64,000 nt of DNA, from the NCBI GenBank assembly GCA_035221665.1, contig CM069162.1, positions 22,692,001 through 22,756,000 of the forward strand, given 5' to 3'. The DNA is from Okamejei kenojei. Its lineage: Eukaryota. Below, one piece after another: positions 36,829 through 51,443 of this stretch. The notes under the pieces were generated by a model that did not search any database, was not told where the DNA came from, and worked only from the letters and a program-made list of their open reading frames with translations. Within the stretch, counting starts at the first letter, position 1, and each line of letters starts with the position of its first letter. The position numbers and the translations under genes were made by a program.

Positions 36829-39800
36829 TTCACTGCTGAAAATTATTATGTTTTCCTCACCAGTGCCTCTATCTCTAAACTATTGGCGGGTGTCCATGCC
36901 CTTTCAATGTGACCTTGCCTGGAAATAGAACAGAGGAATTTTCAAACTGGATGCCCGTTGTGTGCTCTGTACAGGCCTCCCTTTGCTTCAGATTTGCATG
37001 GATGAAGTGCCTTTGCCCTAGGGTAATAAAACTGGAAAGAAAAAAAAAAGTAGTTATGTAAAAACATTTGTAATTAAAACTTGTTTTTCCAGTCTCTTAT
37101 CATTGTTTATGTCCACTGGAGTCTACTCCTTGAAGTTGCATTTTCAGAAGCCTCCTTTTGCAATTAAAGTAATTGTTCACTGAAGATTTTTATCTGTGTG
37201 GTATTGGGGTATTGTGTGGGGTTGTGGATTTTGCATAAAGGTTATGTGGAAAAGCTGAACAGAAAGAACTGGTAGACTGAAGTCCCATACAACCATTACG
37301 CAATAAGATTCTGCAATAATTGTGGTTCTTAATACATCCCAATGACTATAGAGCTAGAAATGCTGCATAATGTTTACCAAACTTTCCAAAAATGACCTTT
37401 TACAACAGTAAAGAACATTTTATTTAGGAATGAAAGTAGAAATTATGCAGTGACTCTCAGTGTACTAAGGTGCAGTTAATCCCACTGTGATGTGATCATT
37501 CTATATGAATTCTGTATATTTAATTTCACTTGACAATGTTTCTCCCTCAGTTATACTGTGCTTATTTTTAAAAATTGAAATGTTAACCCTGTAGATTTTC
37601 TACAATTCAATTTATTAATCTCATGTTAATCCTACTGCACTTTATTCCACATACTTTAATTATTATCCAGCCTCATTTTAGCAAGATGTTCTAGCAATGG
37701 CATACAACTGACACCCTTTAAAGTGCTGTGTCGCCATATTGTGCATTCTGTTGATGAAACAGATGGTTTGCCTTCAGCTGGGCCATGTTCTGAACAAGCA
37801 GGCATTGGGCAGGAGAAAGAAAGGCAGACGACTTAAAACAGGATAGGTGATAGGAAGGTGTTGCTTCCACTGCGCAGTCCAACCTGGCTGCCACCTGCTT
37901 CTGAAGCTGGAATCGATGCCTGCTATTGTTTTTCCTTCTGCTGTCTACTTGGCCTCCAACAGGTATGGGACAAGGGCAAAACAATGATTTATTTGAGCAT
38001 AAAGGATGCAGAAAGTGGAGTGTTGGCAGGTGATAGTGCAAGTTAAATATTGTACTTTTAAGGAAAACGTGTCTTATACAAATGACACTGTGTCTGGCAG
38101 TACCCCCTTAAAAAGAACTTTTGGTCATTTGAGTTATTTCTCAATAGGGTTATTTCTCTGATTGTATATTGAGGGCATGTGAGATCTTAAATCAGAAGAA
38201 CAGCAGTTTTAGCAATTGATCTAAACATGAAATACATCCTTTAAGTGAACTTTTTTTACAATGAGCTTCGATGTTTCTTTCCATACTTAAGTTTCTCAAT
38301 TTCTCAATTTATTTTCCCTCCTTTAATTTGTCTCCTCAAAAACCGGCTCCTATGATCTTTTCCAAAACCCCCTCAGGTGATTTGGTTTGATAACTTGGTT
38401 GCCAGTCTCCTGTGAAATGCCTTGGAATGTTTTGCTTTGTTGGAGGCAATACTTGTAGATTGTTCTTGTAGTTAGGTTCCCTTTGAGAGTGTAAGACCCA
38501 ACATGCGGTCACTGCACATTCATGAGCTGTCCTCTTGAGATGATGTTGGTGAGTGGATTAATCAAGGGGAGACTATGGGGAAAACGGGAGGTGAGGAGAA
38601 GGTAACAGTGCATGCGTCTTACCAGTGCAACAATGTGGGCTGATTAAAACCCAATGCTACTGTGCCCCCAAACTTTGCGATCCCCAATCAAGGAAATTGG
38701 AGCAGGAATAGGTCACCAAGCCCTTGGAGCATGCCCCATCTTTCGATCTGATTTGTGCTGGCCTCAAATTCTGTTCAGGCTGATGGACCAAGCGGTCAGC
38801 TGATCACAGACTCTTCTGTCCTTGCGGGAGGCTTCTGCCAGCGATTTTGTTCCTGATTAAATTTTTACTAGCCACTTTAATTTTAAACATGTAAAAATGA
38901 CATCCCTGGGGAAACATTTTAATTCACGAATATTTCACTAGTTTTGGCATGATGTATATTGTTTTCTGGCAAATTGTTTGGGAAGATCATAAGTCATGAC
39001 CTTTTAATTCAATTTTTGCTGTTGAATAATAAAACAAGATGTCAGCACAAGAGGAAATGTGATGAGGAAATAAAAGCACCACAAGGATGAATCGTTACAG
39101 GAAGTGGCTGATCCACATTTTTCAATGAGAACTTCAACAGAAAATGGGTGTAAATGCTTGAAAATGGGCACAAAACGGTTTTCATGTGCAACTTGCATGC
39201 AAATGAAGGGACAACTGGGTCCATTTATTTAGGCATATATGAGGGGATTTGTTTTCTCTTAGAGCAGCTTTCTAATAATTCTAAGGAAGTGGTTAGTAGC
39301 TACTTGATAAGCAAGCTGTGAAAGGGTGCTGAGGTAGACAGTAATGCAGAATTGAGGATTTGGTCACACCAACACATCATAATAAATGACAAATATGATG
39401 GACTGAGTGGCCTAATATATATATATTCACATCGCAAATGCTGCTTGACCCGCTGAATTCCTTAGCAGCTCATTCTTTACTTCATACCAAGTTTGCCTCT
39501 TGGTGCTCAAGCACATGGAGTACGAGGCATAGGCTGAAGAGTTGGTGAGTCTTGTCCAGGCAGGAATTACAATGGCTTAATTTGGCCTAATTGGGAAGAG
39601 AGAATTTGTTTGGATTTCCACTCTTTGTTAATTATTGTTTGAATGCTGGGCCTACATATCAGATCAGGCTTGGATGTGAGGATCGGAATAGATGTAAATC
39701 TATAATAATGTGTACTGAAGGACCTTATTGTTACCTTTCACCTGGCAAAACTGCTTGATGGTCTCTGGTGGTAATCAGGGAGATATCCATTGCAGGCCCA

Positions 39801-39904
39801 GATGATATAGGCAAGGGTAAGAGTCACATCTACTCACTCTACGCAATTGTGTTCATCTCTATACATACAGTTATAGTGGAATCAAATCATGGGGGCAGGT
39901 ACAA

Positions 39905-40172
39905 TTACATAGAATAGTATAACACAGGAACAGGCCCCTCAGCCCATAATGCCTGTGCTGATCACAATGTTGGTTCTAACTAATCTCATCTGCCTGCACA
40001 TGGGCTGTATCCCTCCATTCCCTGTCTGTTCACATGCCTATCAAATACTGCTTATTTGCTATTCTATCTGTTTATGCCTGTGCTCCTGGCTGTGTATTCC
40101 AGGCACTTACACTCTGTAAAAAATACATGCCTCATAAATCTCCTTCAAACTTTCCCACTCTCACCTTAAAAT
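39905..40172 (-). mobile_element. Degenerate CR1 3' end
   Basis: ACACAGGAACAGGCCCCTCAGCCCA...ATTCCAGGCACTTACACTCTGTAAAAAA. Confidence 0.7.
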
Positions 40173-40291
40173 TTTACAGAAAATGGTCTCACGTTCATCT
40201 AGTGCAAGCAACTCGATGATTTTCTCACTTTAATTTTTCATAAAAAGAGGCCGCTGAAATTTCTATCATTTATATTACATCCTATTAGGGT

Positions 40292-41732
40292 CATAGTCAT
40301 AAAGCATGGAAACAGGCCCTTCAGCCTAACTTGCCCATACAGACCAAGACGCCCCATTTACACTAGTCTCACCTGCCTGTTTTTGACCCATATCCCTCTA
40401 AACCTTTCTGATCCATGTACCTGTTCAAAAGTATTTTAAATGGTGTTAAAATACCTACCTCAACTTCATCCTCTGGTAACTCATTCCATATACCTAACAT
40501 TTTAAAAAGTTTCTTTCTCACCTTGAACCTATGTCGTCAGGTTCTTGATTCCCCTGCTCTGGGTAAAATACTGGATTCACCCTATGTATTCCCCTCATGA
40601 TCATATAGACCTCAATGAGATCAGCCCTCATCCTCCTGTGCTCAAGGAATATAGTCCTTTCCTTATTGCTCAGGCCGTCAGGTCCTGGCCACATCCTTAT
40701 AAATCTACCATGCACTCTTTCTAGCTTAACAACATCCTTCCTATAGCAGGGTGACTAAAACTGATCACAATACTCCAAATGTGATCTCACCAATGTCTTG
40801 TTCAACTGTAACATAACATCCCAACTTCTATACTCAATACCCTGACTGATGAAGGCTAATGTACTGAACGCCTTATTGACCACCCCTAACTACATGTGAC
40901 ACATCTTTCAAGAAACTATGTAACTGCACTCCTAGATCCCTCTGCTCTACTACACTCCCCAGGACCCTGCCATTCACTGTGTAGGCACTGCCCTGGTTTG
41001 ACATCTCAAAATGCAACGCTTCGCTCTCATCTGCATTAAACTCAATCAATTAATCATTCCTCAGCACACTTGCCCAAGTGATCAACATCCTGCTGTAATT
41101 TCCAATAACCATCTTGTCTATCTATGATACCGCACTCTTTAGTGTCAAGAGTGTTTTATTGTAATATGTCCCAAAACGGAATAATGAAATCTTACTTCCA
41201 GATATGTAAGCATAGTACTCTGTAATATCCATAATAAACGACCAAAAAAAAGTTTGGCATATACAGGTTCACCACTGATTTTCCAGCACCCTTGGTTCCA
41301 GTGCCTGTTATTTGCAACAACTTACTATTCATGGATTCTACATTCTCATCCAAATCATTGATATAAACCACAAGCCGCAATGGGCCCAGCACCAATCCCT
41401 GAGGCACACCACTAGTCACAGACCTCCAGTGCGAAAAACAACCTTCTATCATCACCCTTTGCTTCTTTCAATGAAGCCAATTCTCTATACAGTCGGCTAA
41501 CTTTCCCTGGATCTCATGCAATCTGACTTTCTTGAGCAACCTACCATTCGGAACCTCATCGAAATGCCTTGCTGAAGTCCATATAGACAACATCGATGGT
41601 TCTGCCATCGTCAACTTTTTTAGTTACTTCTTCAAGAAGCTTTGAATGATACGATCTCCCACGTACAAGTCAATGCAGACTCTCCCTAATCAGCCCACGT
41701 CTATTCAAATACATTTATATCTTATCCTTCAG
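40292..41732 (-). mobile_element. CR1 LINE (RT and 3' end), degenerate, interrupted at about 41148-41309
   Basis: Encodes [16 protein letters not shown]...VYINDLDEN; collinear with 62655-64000; the insert falls within the F/YADD codons. Confidence 0.9.
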
Positions 41733-43034
41733 ATAAATTATAAAATATTATGAAATTTGCGCTATTTGGAATTATTTTTTTTAATTAAGTCAAGGGGCAT
41801 TAAGGGATAGATCAGATCATCAATGACTGAGGTTTGTGAGCTCATTGTCAAGACCTGGCAATGTAACCATACCTGAACCCTTATTTTGTGGTATCTTTTC
41901 CAAAAAAATGCAGAATAATGTTCTTTTATTTTTGGCACTTTGGATTTCAGCATTTGCAGTATTTTGTTTCTTGTTCCATGATTCAGCTTTTCTGTAGCTC
42001 TCTACTTTTTGTTAGCACATGGCTTTGTATCATCAACTCAAACAAGAAGAATTCCTAAAATGTTGCTATTTTAACTGTTAGGTTAAGAGTGCCGGTGTGA
42101 CTGTGCCAAGATTACTGGCTGCAGAGTCATTTGCTAAATTCTACTTGCACAAAGTGTGTTAAGCTGTTACTAAGCACTCTGCCAAGCACATACAATTGAA
42201 TCTATAATGACTAAAGTAGTTCACAGATAAAGAATGATTAATACTCTCAAAGGAATCGTATGACTGCCATTGAGCATAATTATCAATATCAATGTGAAAA
42301 TTGTCATTCTAAGAAGAAAGAAAACAAATGAGACAGGAAGGCGCTTCAGAGGGCTGAAACTGAAATTATAGCAAAATTCATGAGAAAAATCTTTTGGCTC
42401 AGAAATTGGATTGCATGGTTCTGGCTATTGCAACTCTGTTCAATGAATGATGTACTTTCCTCCAGACCATTCCTGAGTTGTCTTACATCAGTCTGGACAT
42501 TTTGCACTAAATGAGATTGTGCTTTTAATGCGATTTCTGCATTAGACCCACATCAAATAACTATTCACTGTTCAAATACTCCTGTGATGGTAGCCAGGGA
42601 ATTAAGCCTATATTGACTGAGGAGGAACATTATCGACTTCTTCTGCTTACCCCACCCTCCTCCCCTCCCCTGCTTTCCCCACACACCCCACCACAACAGT
42701 GCCAATATTTATTCCTGGCCCAAAATAATCTAATTCCTCCTACCTTCTCCCTCTCGCCCCTGTGAGCAGCCTGGACCCTGGCTCCAATCCTGATCATGAA
42801 CCCCATCTAAAATCTTAGACCACCCTACCCACGTGAACAATTTTACTTATTTTTTTCATCAAACTTGCAATCCAACCTGTGATCCAGACAGAACTTCTGG
42901 AGCATACAAGGATATGGTGCAATGGAGGTTCGGAACTGGCTGACTCTACTAGCTTGTAGTGCCATTGACCCCTGCCATGCCACCCGTGGATCCTGTACTG
43001 CCGCTGTGCCAGCATAATCTGTCTAGACCATTAT

Positions 43035-43205
43035 AACAAGAGTAATGGGCAAGTGGGCTGAGCACTGGCTAATGGAGATTAATGCAGATAAGTGTGAGGT
43101 GTTGCACTTTGGGAAATCAGAACCGGGAAGAACCTTCACAATGGATGGTAGCATCCTGGGTGATGCTAGATGAGTTGGGTCAAACGGCCTGTTTCCCTGA
43201 CTATG
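43035..43205 (+). mobile_element. Internally deleted CR1 remnant
   Basis: AAGTGGGCTGAG...ATGGAGATTAATGCAGATAAGTGTGAGGTGTTGCACTTTGG (KWAE...NADKCEVLHFG) fused to a CR1 tail. Confidence 0.7.
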
Positions 43206-44966
43206 TGAAAAAACCTTTGAGCTTTAAAAAAATCTGATCCATCATAGAAAGAGCTCCCAATTTTGATCACGCAGCTATGTTTATTTTTGCTTTTAAATGA
43301 TCAGATATGCATTCATGTAATTTGTTTGTAAGATGTTCACATGATGTATGGATTTTAAAATCTGCACTGTCTGTTTGTATGTTCCCTTCATAATTGCCTT
43401 TAAATTGGTACAAATCCATTTAAATTAAAGTGTCTCAAATACACTTCCTCAAAATCATGTGGAAATGTATTTATTGCAACACTTAATTGCTGGTCTGAAT
43501 TTCATTTGAGTTGCTTAATTGTAGTCTGAAATAATATGTCTGTTTCAGTGCAACCTGGTGAGACATAGATTACCACAAAAACACAAATTCTTCTGAACTA
43601 ACCCTAAGTTACGAAAAATTGTCTTGTTAGCTGCTTTGATCTGGCCTAATGACAATGGTGGAGCTGAAACCACAGCAGTATAAGGTTGCATGTTACACAT
43701 TGCCTCTGAAGTCTGCAGGCCTTTATTCATCTAAGCATTGAGTTTTGGCTTCCAATCAAGATTATCTTACAGTCCATCCCTTTAGCATGCCAAGAATGTA
43801 CAAAAAACTCAAAGAGAGGAAATGCCTCCTCTTTTAACAGCTTTCCCAGCTGCAGAGAGGGGAGGAGGGACCTCGGGGAGGTAAATTCATCTTTTGCATG
43901 AATGAAAATGAACCTCTGCCAGCGTGGCATTAATATCTTGTGAACTGCTGCTCTGTTTTATTTTCAAATTCTATTCTTGATATTGTAACTTTCTTGGGCA
44001 GTGTTCAGGCCACAGCCAGTTAACCTATTATGTGAACACTGCCCAGTGAATGCCAGCAGACTGTGGGACTACAGGTGGCATTGCTGCCAAGACTCTTCCA
44101 GACTTGTGTGAGCGGAAGCACGACTGTGTTCTGTACCTTCCTTGCTTCCCTTCTGTCCCATACATGTACAAAAACATCGCCACTGCCCGGCCCATTTTCA
44201 TTTTCTAATAATAGATAGTTAAGAACAAAAGGGCCCTTACTTCAATGTTTTCATACAGTGTTGTTCACAACAACTGAAATCTCATCATGTATCTATATAC
44301 CAGCATATCTAATTTGGATACTTGAAAGGATTTCTAGAATAATGTAAATTCCTGACTAGTAAGTTGGGTAAATAGAATTATGGTGCAGATAAGCCATCAT
44401 CTAATTAAATTGTGGAATGTATCTTGTTTTATTTCCGCATCCTGATCTACTATTTTTAACGTTTTCTCTATGTATTTGCTTCTTCTCTTTTTGCTCTGTG
44501 AACAAAGCCTCCTCTTGTGCTGTCACTGCAATGATACTAGTCTGGTTTGGTTCTTGCCTGCTCAGTTGTGGACTGTAGGTGCTGATAAGTAACTGGTAGA
44601 GTGGAGGGACTATGATGGGTGCAGTATCTTGTTTGAAAGGCAATAATCTTTAATGTAAACGATGAAATGGGATATTTGAGAAAACGTATTAAATATTTTG
44701 GATACCTAGGCCCCAAACTGACTTTGAACTTGATAAACAACAGTGCACTGATGTGAGTTTAACTACCGCATATATTACACTGCAAATATTGGTTACAGTC
44801 TTTGGCAGATACATTTCATGTTGCCTTAGTAATTTTTGGGGGAAAAACAAAGGAACCACCATTATCGATCCAATTTGCAATTGGATGAATTAGCATCCAT
44901 TTTAAAATAGAAATAATGATTGAACCCTAGTCTAGGTAGTTATTAGGAAACCAAACACGTTCTTCA

Positions 44967-45712
44967 TTGCTGATGACACTGTGATGATGGGCCTGATCTC
45001 CGAAAACAATGAGAAGGCCTACCGGGAGGAGGTGGCTGATCTGGCACTCTGGCGCCAGGACAACAGCCTCCTCTTGAATGTCATAAAAACCAAGGAGCTG
45101 ATTGTGGACTTTAGAAGGCCACAACATCCAAGGACGTATACGCCCCTGGAGAAAAATGAGGCTACTGTGGACAGGGTGAGCTGCTTTAAATACCTGGGAG
45201 TCCACATCACAGAGGATCTGACATGGACATCACATGCTGCAGCACTGGTTTAGGAACTGCTCTGCCCAGGACAAGAAGGCTCTGCAGAGAGTAGTGCGTT
45301 CGGCTGAACGCACTATGGGAACTACACTCGTCGCCCTGCAGGACCTATACACCAGGAGGTGCAGATCCAGAGCCAGCAACATAATGAAGGACCCCTACCA
45401 CCCCAGCAACGGACTGTTCCAGCTGCTATGGTCAGGCAAACGCCTTCGCTGTCATGCTGTGAAAACAGAGAGGATGAGACGGAGTTTCTTCCCACAGGCC
45501 ATTAGGACTGTAAACTCTTATCTCACCAGGGACTAATTTACTGTACCAATTTACTGTTGTGTTGTGTCTTTTTTTAATTGCTGTTTTTTCCCCTAATATG
45601 TAAATACTGATTCTGTTCTAGTTTTTTGCACAATCCACAGGCATTGCCACTTTCATTTCACTGCACATCTTGTATGTGTACGTGACAAATAAACTTGACT
45701 TGACTTGACTTG
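44967..45712 (+). mobile_element. Rex1/Babar-type LINE, 5'-truncated with an internal deletion near 45250
   Basis: ADDTVMMGLISENNEKAYREEV...LNVIKTKELIVDFRR...FKYLGVHITEDLTW, then DPYHPSNGLFQLL...SFFPQAIR; tail CGTGACAAATAAA(CTTGA)n. Confidence 0.92.
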
Positions 45713-46301
45713 CAGCATGATGTTTCCCTGGTGCCAAGGCCGCGCATCTCCTGTCATCCCTGTGTATGTAGTGTTCATTTCTGTTTTTAGCCAAGTGAAT
45801 TGGAACTCCAGCACATAAAGAGCAAGGCAACCTTTTCACAACCTTTTCATCTCCTGTGGGCTCAGGACAATTGTAGGTGTTCTATATTTAGAGTGTTACC
45901 CATAACTAGACACAACTGAACTGTACATACCTTTTGTTATCTGAATGTGTGGACCACCCCCTGAGTCAATCTGTGTGTGAGGTTAGCCTATTGAATGGAA
46001 GTGGCTGCCATATTCCAGAGAGTGAGTTCAGTGTGGAACAGTGAACAGTTATCGTTTGTGCTCACATTTATCTGTAAATGGATTTATTCAAATTAATGCT
46101 ATCAGCAATTTAGTTAAAAATCTTTTTGGATCAACCCATTATAATGGCCAACGTAGATTATGAAAAAGGTAATGTTTTATGGTTAATTTTATTACAAATT
46201 AGACAACATTTCAACGTTTTTTTTCAGAAATCTAAAAATAGATCAGATTGACAATAGAGAACAGTTAAATTATTTTTTATTTCAAAAGAAAGTTGATTTA
46301 T

Positions 46302-46427
46302 AGAAACACGGAACTGCAGATGCTGGTTTACACAAAAGGACACAAAGTGCTCAAATAACTCAGTGAGTCAATCAGCATCTCTGGAGAACATGGATAGGTG
46401 ACATTTTGGGTCGGTACCCTTCTTCAG
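46302..46427 (-). mobile_element. Short Penelope-terminus element starting at the CUGAAGA box
   Basis: Minus strand CTGAAGAAGGGTACCGACCCAAAATGTCACC...; possible decayed TSD AGTTGATTTAT/AGTTAACTTAT. Confidence 0.8.
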
Positions 46428-49279
46428 TTAACTTATGTTTGCTTAATAATGGGGTTTTTTAATGTTCAATAGATTTCTGTCACTTCAAAGGAAAGCAATT
46501 TCCATTAGTACAAACATTTGCTGCAGTCCTCCTTATGCAGGTTTTGTTGATTGTTCAGTGCTAAGAGAATTCTGCAAAAGCAGATTTTGCATTGAGTTTG
46601 CACTCATCGGCAGTGTAATGATCAGTGTTGCCGCTGGTGAAGTATAGACCTGTTGCAGGAACACATTGCAGTTATGCAGCTGATCAGTGTAACAATACAT
46701 CAGTGTCACACTACTGTAGAAATCTGACCATGTAAAAGGATGATAAAATCCTCTAATCTTGTGCAATATCAGGCAACTGGGAGGACAATTAATATCATAG
46801 TAGCCATGTTTTATTGGAAAATGGTTGGCTGACAAGTAGTTTTGAAATTATTAGCCGTTTTAAGGGTTTCAGATAGTGTGATGAGCAAGATTCAACCAGA
46901 TAGTTAGAATGCTCTGAGTGCTTAATCAAATCTTAGTGCTGAATTATACTCAATATTAATATCCTCCATCTAGTGAATATGTAGGTTTGTTTACTAATGT
47001 CGTTTATTGGTTTGTATATAACAATTGTAGATCTGGTAAATACTGCTTTAAATGAACTGGAGGAGACACCTAAAACGTAAGAACTCTTTATTGAGGGCTA
47101 ACTGCAATACCATATGAGGTTATTTCAAATGTACACTTAAATATTTACATATTGTGCACACATTTGCATGTAAATTTGCTGTTTTCCCTCTGAAAGGAAT
47201 TTTCAAGCAATATCAGACTGGCTTTCCTGGAGCTTCATAGCTTTGTTTGGGTTTCTGGTGCTACAGTTGTTTCCTGATCCACAGACCTTGCCACTTTCCA
47301 ACTTAACTTGCTGTTAATCCATGTCTCCTCTTCAGTGGCTGCTCTTCTATCTATTTTTGGAATAATCTGTCATCACATATTTCTTCAATATGTCCTGGCA
47401 TGTCTCTCAAAGCAGCCGGTCAGCCAAAGTGGACATATCTGACTTTCCCTCCAATGTGAACAAGATATTGTTTAGTGCTGCAGATTTTGAATTATCTTGA
47501 CAACATCCCATTTCTGGGCCTGCGTTTGTTCAGTGGTCTATATACTTTCACTTTCTCTCAATGCTCCAATTCTTTCTCTTTACCTCTTCCCAACGACTTG
47601 TTAGAATCATGCCTTGCCTTGGTTTCAATTGCTGTATTCTCAGCGGGGCTGTAGTAAGTTTGAGCTTGTTTGCATCTGCAACATTTCAACATTTAGGGTT
47701 CTGAACAGAGCGGATGGACAAAAATAAATAGTATTTATTAATTTTTCTTCCTTCCATGATTCGGAATTAAAAAAATACAGACAAGGTAACAGTCCAAGCA
47801 GACAAAACACCCTCTGTAGTGGGATTTATTTTAAGCTGTCTTTTTTATGTTCTCCAAGCTGCCTGAATGCCAGCTGTTCTTGGACTGTGGGTTTTGTTTC
47901 ATAGGGTCATTGTTTTTGTTCCATGAAAGGAAAGCTTGCACTCGAGATGCAGAAAATGAGGGATGGGGACCAGTGGATGAGCTTAACTCCTTAGTTACCA
48001 GATCGCATCAAATGTAGGTTTTGGTTAAGAACTATGGAGGGACTTTGTTCCAGTAGAACTAAGGTAGCACGCATGTTTTGAAATTCCTACTTCAAAATAA
48101 AGCTGCATGAGTAAAATTTCAAGTGACAGGGTACCTTTTGCAGTTGAGGAGGTTTGAGGGGGTTACTTCGAGAGCCCTGAAATTGGGCACCGGAATCGGA
48201 GTACAATAAGCCACCGCACTCATTGAAATGCAGGTGGCCACCAATAGTATGCTGCCTACTAATTATAATGCTGTAGTGTCCAGCCAATGTTGAGCTTGAT
48301 GTTCATTGTCAGGGGAGCCATATTGTGCTGTCTGGCCAATCTGCATTGCTTACAGCTGGCCAGAACAGTTTCAAGGGTTATAAAGGCATTATAAAATGGA
48401 ACGGGTGCTGCCACCACTGAACCTGGCCCAGGAAATTCTCCAGAACAATATAATATGGGAGAGGCTGAAGCTTAGTGCATATGTGGAGAAAGGCAACCAT
48501 TTACAACCTCCTGCCACTTGAGTCCTGGGGGCTGGGGCTTGGTGTCGCCTGTTTGTTAATATGTAAAATAACCGGTTAAATATATTGCTGTTGGCATGTT
48601 GACATAATGTAAGTATTGTAAGGATATGTACTGATGTGCTTGTTATAATGAATTGAGACGTTGCAATATTCTATTGTTGCGTTATAATGCATGTTTCCAT
48701 AACACGCATTGGATATAATGCGATTGATGAATTTGGGAATGCTATCTGTATTACATGGGCCAAATTGGTAATAACACGATTACGATTGGGAATTAGCGAA
48801 CCACCTAAATATTACTTTGGAAATCGACAAGCAGGAAAAAAAAACTTTCTTGGGATGGGGGAGAGGGACGGAGTCTGGGGTAAAGAAACTGTTTCCATGT
48901 AACCTTCCTCAGACTCCATTATCAAGTGATAGTTTCACTACAGGCGGCCAAGGAAATTGATAAGCAATCACTTCTATTGACATGTATGTAATGATACTCT
49001 ATTAAACAATGTAACAATGACTTCACCAGAATGATGCTCTAATCTCCGCACTGCTCCATTTATCACCTTTGTCACACTCTTACCAGCTATCTATGACGGA
49101 ACTAATGTTCAACAATCATTTGCTCCACCGCATCTTCACACCCAGGTCTCACAGCTTACACCACTGCCTGAATACATATTGCTCTACTTTTCTGCAGGTC
49201 AAATATGTGCGCAAAGACTGTTACTCGGTAGTCACCCCTTAGCTTGCTGTGGACGCTCAATGTAGCTGGCACAAAATGA

Positions 49280-49720
49280 TTCTTTATTATCACATGTACT
49301 GATGTACAGTGAAATTCTTTTTTTGCATACAGTTCAGTAAACTATTGCCCAACCTAAGCACAATCCCCGATTAATACAAAGTACACAGAAATAATCCACT
49401 GAAACCGCATGCGTCGTCAGGCTTTGATGCTATTTTCAAAGTCCAGTCCAGGGTCTTCTGGAGAGGCCACGTTCCAAGCGAGCCCCAGGCTGCTGCAGGG
49501 CCTATAGACATCGCCTCCGTCCAGATCATCCAGCAAACCTTTACCCCTCTCCTCGCCTGGCCGCCTTTAGCCTTTGTGCCCCGGGCGTGCCTCCCGCAAC
49601 TGACCTTGAGGATGCAGAAGGTAAGACCCCGGTTCACTCTCTTATCAGACCTTTTGTCGGCTCCCTCCATCCTCCTCTCCGGTCATCAGAGGACGTGCAG
49701 GGGGCTGCTCGACAACTTCC
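49280..49720 (-). mobile_element. Non-autonomous retro-insert with GC-rich body and Rex1-like tail
   Basis: TTTATTATCACATGTACTGATGTACAGTGAAATT is the reverse complement of the Rex1-like tail; adjacent GC-rich non-coding body with an uncertain boundary. Confidence 0.4.
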
Positions 49721-50230
49721 CTCTACAGGAAGTGATTGGCAGCACTGAATACTGATTTCCACCACTCACTGCCAGCTGAATGTTGAGGCACTGCCAGCAG
49801 AGAATGAGGTTGACGGGCATTCTCTTCAATGGATGTAAGTGCAGTTAGTGGCATTCCAGCATCTTGAGAAGCTTGCAGTCCTCTCTGATTCCTGTGCTTG
49901 CTCTGCTGCTTGTTTGTGGCAAGGAATGATAAAAAGTTGTCAGCTCTCTCTGAATAGAGAGTCTCAGTGATATATTTAAGGGGGGGACATTTGATGCAGC
50001 ATTGAGCACCAAAATGGCTTCCCTGCCGATGTCCTCTGATGGGTGATTTGCACACTATGGAAGCTACACGTGAATGATGTTGCTGTGTGCCCTTATTTAC
50101 ATATTTGACAATTTTCCACCTGTAACCGTGTTAGCATGTCACAAATACAGTTTAAGACCCTACGTTCATTCCTGGCGCCAAAGAAAATATGGAAGACCAA
50201 GTCTCAGTTTGACCTGTAGAGCTCTTATAA

Positions 50231-50326
50231 CTGAAGAAGGGTCTCGACCTGAAATGTCACCCATTCCTTCGCTCCAAATACGCTGCCTGTCCCGCTGAGT
50301 TATTCCAGCAGTTTGTGTCTACCTCC
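50231..50326 (+). mobile_element. Penelope-terminus micro-element with 14-bp TSD
   Basis: GAGCTCTTATAACT at 50219-50232 and 50327-50340; the insert begins at the CTGAAGA box. Confidence 0.9.
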
Positions 50327-51443
50327 GAGCTCTTATAACTTTTCGCTATCTTAATTCTTGAGTTTTCTTTCCCATTTACGAAAAACAAATCTGCCAGTTG
50401 AAATAAAATGTGACCTTTAGGAAAATAAATACAACAAAAGTAAATGTTTTAGAATATATTTGCACAAATGTCATGATGAATGTTTAAAGTTCACGGTGAG
50501 TTCCGTGCTTAAAGCAAGCATATTGTGCAGCTTTACAGTGTGGTGTGATTTTGCAAGCTTCCCTGCGCTGTGTGGAATGAAAGTATAGACAATTATTACT
50601 AACGTGACTAATTAAAAGATCTGTTAACTTCCATCCCTTTATCTTAAGGAATGACAATGATGGAACTGTGGTCTCCTTCAGCTATTCCTCTGCAACACTA
50701 AATTATACATCAGAAAAAATGATGTTGGAAAGAATTAATCTTCAATTTAATTTTATTTACTTTTGCCCTAGTTTTTTCAATTATATCGAATGTGATGACA
50801 TTTTTGTCTGGTGTATTTTAATACTGTCTAGCCCCCTCACAACATTGGAGCTGTGTATATTGTGCATGGCAGTTTCCCGGTGACAACATCACTGCATTGT
50901 TTAAAAACTCAAATATTCTAAACCGCATCGATACAACAAACTCTTTCACCTGATTGATCTTTAAATGTTGGCAAGACTCCCTTCCTAAAAGCAGAAAGCT
51001 TATTGTGTGCAGTTGTTTGGTTAGTACAAGCTGGCAGAGATAAATCTTAACCGAAGTAGCATAAACATTTTAACAGGAGTAATCCTTACATACAGTGAGT
51101 GCCCTCCATAATGTTTGGGCCAAAGACCCATCATTTATTTATTTGCCTCTGTACTCCACAATTTGAGATTTCTAATAGAAAAAAATCAGATGTGGTTAAA
51201 GTGCACATTGTCAGATTTTATTAAAAGGTATTTTTATACATTTTGGTTTCAACATGTAGACATACAGCAGTGTTTATACATAGTTTCCCCATTTCAGGGC
51301 ACCATAATGTTTGGGACACATAGCTTCACAGATGTTTGTAATTGCTCAGGTGTGTTTAAATGCCTCCTTAATGCAGGTATAAGAGAGCTCTCAGCACCTA
51401 GTCTTTCCATCACCTTTGGAAACTTTTATTGCTATTTATTAAC

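Noticed and set aside
48680-48800. Repeated ATAA(T/C)(G/A)CG-like motifs suggesting a decayed Tigger/pogo-type MITE
   Set aside because: No terminal inverted repeats or TSD could be defined.
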